The notes below the pieces were generated by a model, which saw nothing but the letters and a program-made list of their open reading frames with translations, searched no databases and was not told the origin of the DNA. This document shows positions 36,067-43,980 of a stretch of 49,629 bases of DNA, piece after piece. The position numbers and the translations under genes are program-made. The stretch's first letter is position 1; each line of letters begins with the position of its first letter. Source of the DNA: Euryarchaeota archaeon TMED192 (GTDB lineage: Archaea > Thermoplasmatota > Poseidoniia > Poseidoniales > Thalassarchaeaceae). The DNA lies in contig NHIP02000003.1 of NCBI GenBank assembly GCA_002170775.2, positions 221,776 through 271,404 of the forward strand, in the 5' to 3' direction.

Positions 36067-36525
36067 TCATTTCAACATCATACGGAGTTCTTCGACAGAT
36101 CGAAGCTCATCGAAATAAATCACTTCGAGGGCATCGTAAAGTTCAGAGTCTTCGATTTCTTGAATCATGGGAAGTATTCTCCCATAAGTTTCACTTGCAT
36201 TTTTCTCAGTCTTGTAGGCTTCTTTCAACATTTCAAGATAGTCAGACGTATGAGGGATTGCTGTTGGATCCCTCTCAGTAATGGCTTCCCCATCTAGTTT
36301 CACAATAGCGGCTCTGACTGTTGCTGCATGGGTTATCGATTCCGTAACTTCATTGTTGAAGTACGTCGCTAAGTGGGATCTGTGTATTCCAGAGACATAC
36401 GCTGAATAGTGCGCATACAATGTTATGGCTCTGAGTTCCCAAGCAAGAGCTTCGTTCAGGGCAACGACGATTTCAGTCCGGGTCAGCATCCATCCCTCAT
36501 CAGTGTCATCAATGAAGGGGTTCAT
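36067..36525 (-). CDS. Ferritin-like (bacterioferritin-related) protein
   Basis: Four-helix bundle pattern LNEALAWELRAITLY...ESITHA...EAYKTEKNA...YFDE. Confidence 0.82.
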   Translation of the reverse strand: MNPFIDDTDEGWMLTRTEIVVALNEALAWELRAITLYAHYSAYVSGIHRSHLATYFNNEVTESITHAATVRAAIVKLDGEAITERDPTAIPHTSDYLEMLKEAYKTEKNASETYGRILPMIQEIEDSELYDALEVIYFDELRSVEELRMMLK

Positions 36526-36600
36526 GAATCCATTGAATCTAATTGGGTTCAGTCGAAAGTTGAGCGAACCATTGATGGCAGGGCTGATTCATGCAGATTC

Positions 36601-38094
36601 ATGGGGGAAGGTGCCCGTGTTAACGTGGCTGTGGCGGATAGGATTCTCCTGCATCTATTGAATCATGTATCTCAGGTGGATCTCCATACCGTCACTTCTG
36701 AAATTACTAGGCGTGGGATATCGATAGCATGTGCAGTCCATCCACCCAATGTTTCTCGGAGTATGCGAGATTTGGTGGCAACTGGCATTGTTGCGCAAGG
36801 CATGCGCTTGGTGAGGGGTGAAAATCGACGTCAGAAGGTGTGGTATCTCACGTCGCTAGGAATGGAAATGGCCGCAGCGGTGAAGGAGAGGCTTTCGGAG
36901 ACCCCCGTTCTCGTTCGAAGTCGAAATGGAGATCTTTTGGAGATATCCGCATCAGAGGCATCTGATCGATTGAGAGCGGACCTTGATCTTCTATCTGTTT
37001 TGATGCACGCCCAGCATGAGGGAGCTCTCAGTTACGGAGATATTCGTTTTGGGCCAATACGAAACAAAAAAATTGAGCCGGGTTCGATTAGGATGATGGC
37101 TGGGGCCCATTCCACATATCACACTGAACCTCCAAAGACCAGAGACATACATGGTAGGAATGAGGAAAGAAAATCTCTGGATGTGTGGTTTTCAGGTACT
37201 GAGGGCATTTGTACGATAACTGGAGTCGCTGGTTGTGGAAAGACTACTCTGGTATCTGACTGGTTCAGGACACGTGATTCTGGGATTGAGGATATGCTCG
37301 TCATGTACTATCCATGTCAGCCATGGGATACCGCAATTGGCCTGACTACGAGCATATTTCATAGACTTGGATTAGGGCATAAAAATGAAATTGATGATTC
37401 ATATGATTTGGTTTCCGTTCTGCCTCCGCCCGGGAATCCTCTTGATCACGATCTTCTGAGGAGGAGGTTGACTGCTACACTGATTGATGAAGACGGGGCC
37501 ATAGGGAGTAAGTCGAAGCTGTTCCTAATTCTTGATGATGTGCATAATCTCGACAAAGAGGGGGTTCGTCTCCTGGGTGTGTTGATGCAGGTTATAGAGG
37601 CCTCTCATTCGAGAATGATCGTCATATCCAGATCGTCTCCGGATTTCTATGACAGGCGGGATGTCATGACAAGGGGGAGGGTTGCGGAAATCGCCCTGGG
37701 AGGCCTGAGTCGAAACGAGCTTGAGATGTGGGTGAAAAGCATAGGTCTCTCTGATAAGATATCGGCAGAGGCCCTGCATGAGCGTACGGGAGGTCATCCT
37801 TTGGCGATTGAGCTCTTGGAAATGTACGGCGAGATGAATCATCGCGATTGGATTCGATTTCTAGATTCAGAGATAGTGGACGTGCTTCCGGATGAAGATC
37901 GGTCTATTCTTCTGGCTCTTTCCAGGGCGAAAAGACCCATGCCTTGGAAAGAATTGTCTGAATCAGTGGGGTATGTGGGTCGGCCTCCAAAATCTTTGAT
38001 TTCTAGAGGCCTGATGATTGAGCTTGAAGATGGTATGTGGCTCCATGAAGCATTGAGGAGTCGCTTACAGATGCATACGGAGAAACAAAACTGA
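36601..38094 (+). CDS. Winged-helix DNA-binding protein fused to a STAND-class P-loop ATPase
   Basis: N-terminal MarR-like wHTH (NVSRSMRDL...VWYLTSLG), then HGRNEE, Walker A GVAGCGKTT, Walker B LILDDVH, ISR and GGHPLA. Start at ATG 36601. Confidence 0.85.
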   Translation: MGEGARVNVAVADRILLHLLNHVSQVDLHTVTSEITRRGISIACAVHPPNVSRSMRDLVATGIVAQGMRLVRGENRRQKVWYLTSLGMEMAAAVKERLSETPVLVRSRNGDLLEISASEASDRLRADLDLLSVLMHAQHEGALSYGDIRFGPIRNKKIEPGSIRMMAGAHSTYHTEPPKTRDIHGRNEERKSLDVWFSGTEGICTITGVAGCGKTTLVSDWFRTRDSGIEDMLVMYYPCQPWDTAIGLTTSIFHRLGLGHKNEIDDSYDLVSVLPPPGNPLDHDLLRRRLTATLIDEDGAIGSKSKLFLILDDVHNLDKEGVRLLGVLMQVIEASHSRMIVISRSSPDFYDRRDVMTRGRVAEIALGGLSRNELEMWVKSIGLSDKISAEALHERTGGHPLAIELLEMYGEMNHRDWIRFLDSEIVDVLPDEDRSILLALSRAKRPMPWKELSESVGYVGRPPKSLISRGLMIELEDGMWLHEALRSRLQMHTEKQN

Positions 38095-38117
38095 CAAAGA
38101 GTCGGTTGTTTCGATGT

Positions 38118-38435
38118 TTATGCCATGTGTCGATTCAACCAATCGTCAAAGTAAGGCTTCGGTGCAGCCCCCGTGTGTTGATCAACGGGTTGCCCGTTGT
38201 GAAAAAGGACGAGGAATGGAATTCCCCTTACTCCATACTGGCCTGGGGTCAGGGGGTTGGTGTCCGTGTTGACTTTCGCAATCGTGATGTCTCTCTCCTC
38301 TGCAATAGAATGCAGAACGGGTGAAATCATTTTACATGGCCCGCACCAGGGCGCCCAGAAGTCTACTAAAACCCATTCTGATTCTGAAATCACGGATTGA
38401 AAATTCGAGTCTGACGCGTCCAAGACTTGGCCCAT
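38118..38435 (-). CDS. trxA: Thioredoxin
   Basis: DFWAPWCGPC; a start at ATG 38435 gives a typical 105 aa. Confidence 0.95.
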   Translation of the reverse strand: MGQVLDASDSNFQSVISESEWVLVDFWAPWCGPCKMISPVLHSIAEERDITIAKVNTDTNPLTPGQYGVRGIPFLVLFHNGQPVDQHTGAAPKPYFDDWLNRHMA

Positions 38436-38544
38436 TATGTGTCTTAATGAGTGTCTTATGTATGAATCCTTGCTGTAACCCATATGGGTATTTCGTACTC
38501 TGAGCCCCCCCAAGTGTTGAGAACCTCTTTGTTCAGAGGGGCAT

Positions 38545-39222
38545 GTGGACATGCAGATCGCGCCGAGTATCTTGACTGCTGATTTCACGCGTCTCGGCGA
38601 TGTCCTTGAAGAGTCCGTCGATGCTGGAATAGATTGGATTCATCTTGATGTGATGGATGGAAATTGGGTGATAAATGAGACCATCACGTTCGGGCCTGCA
38701 CTCGTACGGTCTGTGAGGGACAGGGTGGGGCCGGACATCTTCGTCGATTGCCACCTCATGATCACGAATGCTGAGAGGACGTGGAAGCAGTACGCCGATG
38801 CAGGGGTAGACCTGATTATTGCACATATAGAGGCAATCAACGACCCAGTAGGGCTTATCTCAGAAATAAGAGAATCAGGCACGATGGTTGGGCTTGTTCT
38901 GAATCCAGATACAGAACCTGATGCGATATTGCCCTATCTTTCCGAGTTGGATCTTGTGTTGGTGATGTCAGTCGTCCCAGGCAAAGGAGGGCAGTCGTTC
39001 ATGCCGGAAGTGGAAGGAAAAGTACGCGATTTTAGAGCGGCGATAGATAAGCAAATCTCTGGCGGGGGCAGAAAGACGAAGTTGATGATTGACGGGGGCA
39101 TCAAGGCACACAACGCATCAATGGTAGCCTCGTGGGGGGTGGATGTTGCAGTCATCGGTAGTGGTTTGATAAATGACAAGGCTTCGATTGCAGAGAATAT
39201 TTCTGAAATACGTTCGAAATAA
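38545..39222 (+). CDS. rpe: Ribulose-phosphate 3-epimerase
   Basis: Motifs IAPSIL, IHLDVMDG, DCHLMI, MSVVPGKGGQSF and IDGGI. Confidence 0.96.
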   Translation: MDMQIAPSILTADFTRLGDVLEESVDAGIDWIHLDVMDGNWVINETITFGPALVRSVRDRVGPDIFVDCHLMITNAERTWKQYADAGVDLIIAHIEAINDPVGLISEIRESGTMVGLVLNPDTEPDAILPYLSELDLVLVMSVVPGKGGQSFMPEVEGKVRDFRAAIDKQISGGGRKTKLMIDGGIKAHNASMVASWGVDVAVIGSGLINDKASIAENISEIRSK

Positions 39223-39261
39223 TTGATTTTCGTCACAATAGTTCAAATCTGACTGGCTCGA

Positions 39262-39603
39262 ATGCAATACGTGCCCAGCGATGAGTGGATAGGGGAAGAA
39301 ATTCGAAAAATCGTCCCTGACTCTGAAGTTCAAGTCAGCGACCTACATGGGACGGGGGATCATTTCCATGTCAGAGTTATCTCTGACACTTTCGATGGCA
39401 TGCTCCCTCTTGAGAGACAACAACCGATCCTATCGCATTTCATGCCTTACATCCAAAATGGCAGCGTGCATGCACTAGACTTGAAGTGCATGACTAAGAA
39501 GCAAGCAGAGGCCTCGGGCAACACGGTTTTCGATCCTCACGGCGAGGGAGAGAAGCAATTTTTAGGAGTACATATACGCCGACCAAAGGAGGGTCGTTCA
39601 TGA
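39262..39603 (+). CDS. bolA: BolA family protein
   Basis: GDHFHVRVISDTFDG...ERQQ...VHAL. Confidence 0.9.
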   Translation: MQYVPSDEWIGEEIRKIVPDSEVQVSDLHGTGDHFHVRVISDTFDGMLPLERQQPILSHFMPYIQNGSVHALDLKCMTKKQAEASGNTVFDPHGEGEKQFLGVHIRRPKEGRS

Positions 39604-39932
39604 CCGGTTTTAATTGGACATCAGAAGAATTGCAAGGAATAGTGGATAGCAACAAGATCGTACTCTTCATGAAGGGGACTCCTGAAGCACCTCAGTGCGG
39701 GTTTAGCAACAGGGCTGCTTCAGTCGTATCGCAACTCAATGTGCCTTTTGCTACTGTGAATGTACTTTCAGATCCACGAGCAAGAAATGCTCTAAGAGAC
39801 TGGTCTGGTTTCCCGACGATGCCTCAGCTTTTCATCGGTGGTAAGTTGATTGGTGGATCGGACATAGCTCTCGAGCTCTTTGAGAGCGGAGAACTTCAAG
39901 CACTGGCTTCCAATGCGATGGCTGATGAGTGA
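39600..39932 (+). CDS. grxD: Monothiol glutaredoxin (Grx4/GrxD)
   Basis: Motifs FMKGTPEAPQCGFS, PTMPQLFI and GGSDI; ATGA overlap with bolA. Confidence 0.95.
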   Translation: MTGFNWTSEELQGIVDSNKIVLFMKGTPEAPQCGFSNRAASVVSQLNVPFATVNVLSDPRARNALRDWSGFPTMPQLFIGGKLIGGSDIALELFESGELQALASNAMADE

Positions 39933-40563
39933 TTTCAGTACACGTGCCAAACTAACAACTGAGTTCATTGGAACGCTATTCCTGACCCTCGCTATTTGCA
40001 CTGCGGCTGTACTGGGGACTGCCGGGGCGCTTGCTCCATTTGCAATAGCCTCCACTCTTATGGTGATGATATATGCAGGCGGACATATATCAGGGGCGCA
40101 CTACAATCCTGCTGTGACGCTCTCAATTTACCTCAGAGGAGCGTGCAAGAAGTCTGATTTGGCCCCATATATCGCGACTCAACTGGTTGCTGGCACAACA
40201 GGCGCTATTATTGCAGTGAACATGCTTGTCCCAGAGGGTAACGTCGAACAAATCGTACTAGAAACAGGACCCGCATTCACAGCGGAATTACTGTTTACAT
40301 TCGCACTTGCATACGTTATATTGAACGTAGCAACATCCGAGTCGACAGAGGGTAATGGATTCTATGGCGCTGCAATCGCTTTGGTTGTACTCGCAGGGGC
40401 TCTTTCGGTTGGGTCTATCTCAGGAGCCTCGTTCAACCCAGCAGTGACGGTGGCTCTGATCGCTTCAGGCACACTTGGTGTCGAAGACTCATGGATTCAC
40501 TTCATCCCGCAGGTAGTGGGAGGATGTCTGGCAGCATTGGTATTCAAGGCTCAGCGTGTTTGA
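39925..40563 (+). CDS. Aquaporin/MIP family channel
   Basis: Two NPA boxes (SGAHYNPAV, SGASFNPAV) and 6 TM; start at ATG 39925. Confidence 0.93.
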   Translation: MSDFSTRAKLTTEFIGTLFLTLAICTAAVLGTAGALAPFAIASTLMVMIYAGGHISGAHYNPAVTLSIYLRGACKKSDLAPYIATQLVAGTTGAIIAVNMLVPEGNVEQIVLETGPAFTAELLFTFALAYVILNVATSESTEGNGFYGAAIALVVLAGALSVGSISGASFNPAVTVALIASGTLGVEDSWIHFIPQVVGGCLAALVFKAQRV

Positions 40564-40623
40564 ATTGAGCTATCGATGAAGATGTTATGCAGAAGGATTA
40601 GAAATACTCGTCTGGAATAAATA

Positions 40624-41547
40624 ATGGTGTCTGGCGGTTATTCAGTCAGGAGTTTGATGGGGATCGCACTGGCCGGTGCGACTGCAATTTCGTTCGCACC
40701 GATGCTATATTCCATTTCAGGGGAAGGCCCGCTGACTGGCGCATTCTTCAGAATGCTCTATGCTGTTCCTGTCCTGTGGTTCATGTCGCTTTTGTGGGGA
40801 GGGGTCGACGAAAGAGAAGGGCGAAGGAAATGGATGGCGTTTGGTGCAGGGCTCGTATTGGCGTTGGATTTCCTTTCATACCATAGTGCAATTGACTGGG
40901 TTGGTACTGGAATTGCGACCCTCATAGGGAATTCGCAGGTGATAATCGTCACATTGTTGAGTTGGTGGTTGTTAGGGGAGAGGCCCAATAAAGCCATCAT
41001 GATTGCTCTTCCAATAGTGGTACTAGGGCTCCTATTCATTTCAGGCATATGGGATGACTCACCGTATGGAGAAAAACCGAAAATGGGAGTCATGGCGGGT
41101 GTTTTCACCGCGTTTTTCTATTCGGCCTTCCTAATCATTTACAGGTATGCAAACAAATCCCTAGCCCCTGCCACTAAGCTTCAGTTTGAATCAACTGCAG
41201 GGGGTGCATTTGGTATTCTGGTCTTGGGCTTACTGCCTCTTAATTCTCTAAACATAGAGCCGATTGCATTTCAACCAACCTTTCCAGCGCATGCTTGGCT
41301 GCTTCTTCTAGCGGTGATGTGCCAATGTATTGGTTGGGTTGCTATCACCTACTCTCTCCCTCGTCTTCCAGCGGCACATACCTCATTCGCGGTTCTGCTT
41401 CAGCCGGTTCTGACAATCGTCTGGGGGATATTACTACTGGGGGAGGATCCCTCGACACAACAAACAATCGGGATGTTTCTTATCCTGATAGCAGTGATTG
41501 GTGTGACTCTGAAAGGTGCTGTTGAGGCTACCGCCACCGATTATTGA
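40624..41547 (+). CDS. DMT/EamA family transporter
   Basis: About 10 TM helices with duplicated EamA motifs (LLGERP / LLGEDP, LLQPV). Confidence 0.92.
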   Translation: MVSGGYSVRSLMGIALAGATAISFAPMLYSISGEGPLTGAFFRMLYAVPVLWFMSLLWGGVDEREGRRKWMAFGAGLVLALDFLSYHSAIDWVGTGIATLIGNSQVIIVTLLSWWLLGERPNKAIMIALPIVVLGLLFISGIWDDSPYGEKPKMGVMAGVFTAFFYSAFLIIYRYANKSLAPATKLQFESTAGGAFGILVLGLLPLNSLNIEPIAFQPTFPAHAWLLLLAVMCQCIGWVAITYSLPRLPAAHTSFAVLLQPVLTIVWGILLLGEDPSTQQTIGMFLILIAVIGVTLKGAVEATATDY

Positions 41548-41550
41548 AGT

Positions 41551-41614
41551 GTACAGGGCAGAGACACAAGCGAGGGGATGGGATGCACTCAGCGAGAACC
41601 TCAGTTCCCTGTAC
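41551..41614. terminator. Stem-loop between the convergent DMT and map genes (possible terminator or small RNA)
   Basis: GTACAGGG (41551-41558) and CCCTGTAC (41607-41614) form a perfect 8-bp inverted repeat enclosing 48 nt. Confidence 0.3.
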
Positions 41615-41682
41615 GATTTGACGAAGAAGTTCAAGCCTTGATAACCCTTGTGAATGGCCAGAACAGTGGATTGGGCAAATTC

Positions 41683-42693
41683 TCATTCGACTGTGAGTAC
41701 TTCTGGGCCGCCTTCGGTCATCCATACTGTATGCTCGAACTGCCCTACTGGGCCCCTGTCTACACACCTAAGTGCCGAGTAAGATTCCAAGAATCTGATG
41801 CTTGTGAGTTTCTTAATCAGCGAATTCCACTTTCTTCTGATGGATTCTTGTTCTTCTTCAGGAAATGGCTTCTCGAGGAGGGAATAGGCCCACCTCTCCG
41901 CAAAGGGAAGAGTGGAATACCTCTCTTCGATGTATCTAGCCATCGTAGCACCAAGCGGCTTCAGCTTCTTCTTTGCCACTGCACGACGGACGGTTATGTT
42001 GCCCGTGACTCGATGGATGTTGGAAGATGTGGCAGGGGGTATATCTTCGATTTTACCGCTTTTTCCAGTGGTGTTGAACGGTTCAATGGCATAAAATGCA
42101 TCAACCTCTGGACCTCCTTTGAACGACGGGTTTGATTCCCCGCAATCGAAAGAGGGGACGGAGACCCCCGCATGCAAATTCCAGCGCTCTAGCTGATGGC
42201 CACAGAGATTTGTGATCGGTTGGAAGCCTGCATCTTTGTGGACCTGTTCTGATGCTGCGCCTACCTGTGCCCATGTGCCTCCGGGCACCATCGCTTCGAT
42301 GGAAGCATCTCTCGCTTCGCGCGCTGCGCGGATTTGGTCTGTGTGCTTACCGCCGCCGCCGACTTCGACAGTTAGTGCGTTGTCCGCGAGTGCACCTTTG
42401 ATGTGGACTCCCACATCCAGCTTTACCAAATCACCTTTCTCAAAGGTCATTTCACCCTCGAAGCCATCGGGTTTCGATAGCATGGAATTCGTAGTGTAGT
42501 GGGCGGCGATATCATTCACCGAAATAGTGACGGGGAATGCTGGCGTACCGCCGTGGCGTCGTATGAATCTCTCTGCTGAATCGATTAAATCGTCCCATGA
42601 TTTACCGGCCACGATTTCTCCTTTGATTCCCTCTACGGTTCTTCGTGCCACGTGTCCAGCGTCTTTCCAGAATTTTAAATCGGATTCTTCCAT
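41683..42693 (-). CDS. map: Methionine aminopeptidase type II
   Basis: Motifs AFP..SVNDIAAHYT, KLDVGVHI..ADNA, NLCGH, AIEPF, the helical insert (YSTLPFAERW) and QFEHT. Confidence 0.95.
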   Translation of the reverse strand: MEESDLKFWKDAGHVARRTVEGIKGEIVAGKSWDDLIDSAERFIRRHGGTPAFPVTISVNDIAAHYTTNSMLSKPDGFEGEMTFEKGDLVKLDVGVHIKGALADNALTVEVGGGGKHTDQIRAAREARDASIEAMVPGGTWAQVGAASEQVHKDAGFQPITNLCGHQLERWNLHAGVSVPSFDCGESNPSFKGGPEVDAFYAIEPFNTTGKSGKIEDIPPATSSNIHRVTGNITVRRAVAKKKLKPLGATMARYIEERYSTLPFAERWAYSLLEKPFPEEEQESIRRKWNSLIKKLTSIRFLESYSALRCVDRGPVGQFEHTVWMTEGGPEVLTVE

Positions 42694-43286
42694 GCACTAA
42701 TTACCTCTCTAATTGGGATTTTTCCTTCTCTCAGAATCTTGGGCGCGCGAGACGCATTCAGCCCAATCTGTAGGGGCCATGATATCAAAGTACTGGGGGG
42801 ACCGCCTGGACAGATGGCATCAATCCAATCGATTCCAGCATTGCGACCGCCTAATTCTAGAGCAGCTTCGGAGCATGACGTAAGCGGGTCTGTTCCAGAC
42901 ATATTTGCACTGGTGGCTGATAACGGCCCTGTTTGTCTAACCAATTCTCGAGCTATCGGGTGGTCAAGTATTCTGACTGCGACCCCTTGAGTGCCAAGTC
43001 TCGGGTCTAATTCTATTTTTGCAGGCAGAAGTACAGTGACAGCGCCTCTTTCGAAGGATGTTAGGAATGATTCAAGATTGGGTGGGATAGTGACGTAATC
43101 AGATGCCTGTTCTAAACTAATGACTCCGATTGAAACCGGTTTATCGTGGCTCCTTTTCTTGATTTCGAATAATGAGTTGAGGTTTTTAGTCGAGGGCAGG
43201 CAGCCCAGAGCGGGTTGAGTCGTGGTAGGGTAAACACACAAACCTCCGGAAAGAATCCAGTCAACCTGTGCTTGCAACATATTCAC
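42675..43286 (-). CDS. tsaC: Threonylcarbamoyl-AMP synthase (TsaC/YrdC single-domain type)
   Basis: Motifs VYPT, IKKRSHDKP (KxR), ATSANMSG, PSTL and ILREG. Confidence 0.88.
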   Translation of the reverse strand: MNMLQAQVDWILSGGLCVYPTTTQPALGCLPSTKNLNSLFEIKKRSHDKPVSIGVISLEQASDYVTIPPNLESFLTSFERGAVTVLLPAKIELDPRLGTQGVAVRILDHPIARELVRQTGPLSATSANMSGTDPLTSCSEAALELGGRNAGIDWIDAICPGGPPSTLISWPLQIGLNASRAPKILREGKIPIREVISAWKNPI

Positions 43287-43768
43287 CTTAAATGACGTCT
43301 AAGTGCCGGGGGAAGCGAATTTGAGATTACAACTATTGATCTTATGTTTCGATCTAAATTCGACTGGTGGGTGTGCCTCTGCCGGATCCTCTGTATCTCA
43401 TAGGCCGCGTGATATATGTTGAACAACGGTATCAAGAACAATAGTTTGCCCCTGCTTCTTTGGTCCCACATGGCACTCGTCATTTCAGATCCATCTTCTG
43501 CCACTATAGCCAGGGAGAACATCCTTTGACCTAGTGATCTAGAAAATACTACGCCAGTCAGACGGAAATATAGCCATGTAGAGCCTGTTAGGATTATCAC
43601 CATCGCAATCCAGTAGTGAAAACCCAAACTGAGCAGCAAATCTGGATTCCAAACATTCACAATTCTTCCTCTTGTGATTACGATAAGTACCGCAGACAAT
43701 AGGGTCATGTCGATAATTAGAGCAGCGGATCGTCTCGATGCACTTGCTAATATGACTCCCTCGGGCAT
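43283..43768 (-). CDS. RDD family membrane protein
   Basis: LASASRRSAALIID...SLGQRMFSLAIV. The start is uncertain; ATG 43768 was chosen because the longer ORF overlaps the divergent gene. Confidence 0.75.
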   Translation of the reverse strand: MPEGVILASASRRSAALIIDMTLLSAVLIVITRGRIVNVWNPDLLLSLGFHYWIAMVIILTGSTWLYFRLTGVVFSRSLGQRMFSLAIVAEDGSEMTSAMWDQRSRGKLLFLIPLFNIYHAAYEIQRIRQRHTHQSNLDRNIRSIVVISNSLPPALRRHLR

Positions 43769-43980
43769 GGGCCAAGCTGAATTTTCTTGATTGGCTACGA
43801 CCTCGCGGGCGAGGTTGAATCCCCCGCTGTGTATGGAAATGGGGCTCGAGTGGTCTTGCGTCACGTGCCATGTGACAAGGTTCAGATGTCTGAAGGTTTG
43901 GATTGTATCAGACCTTAACAAAACGTAACGAGAATGAACAGAGATTAAACCCGTAGCAATGCAGGTTCGTTCCGCTGAGC

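Noticed and set aside
41578-42135. 185-aa plus-strand ORF, and similar antisense ORFs such as 6877-7431, 10882-11400 and 34247-34714
   Set aside because: They are shadows of well-supported opposite-strand genes and have no motifs.
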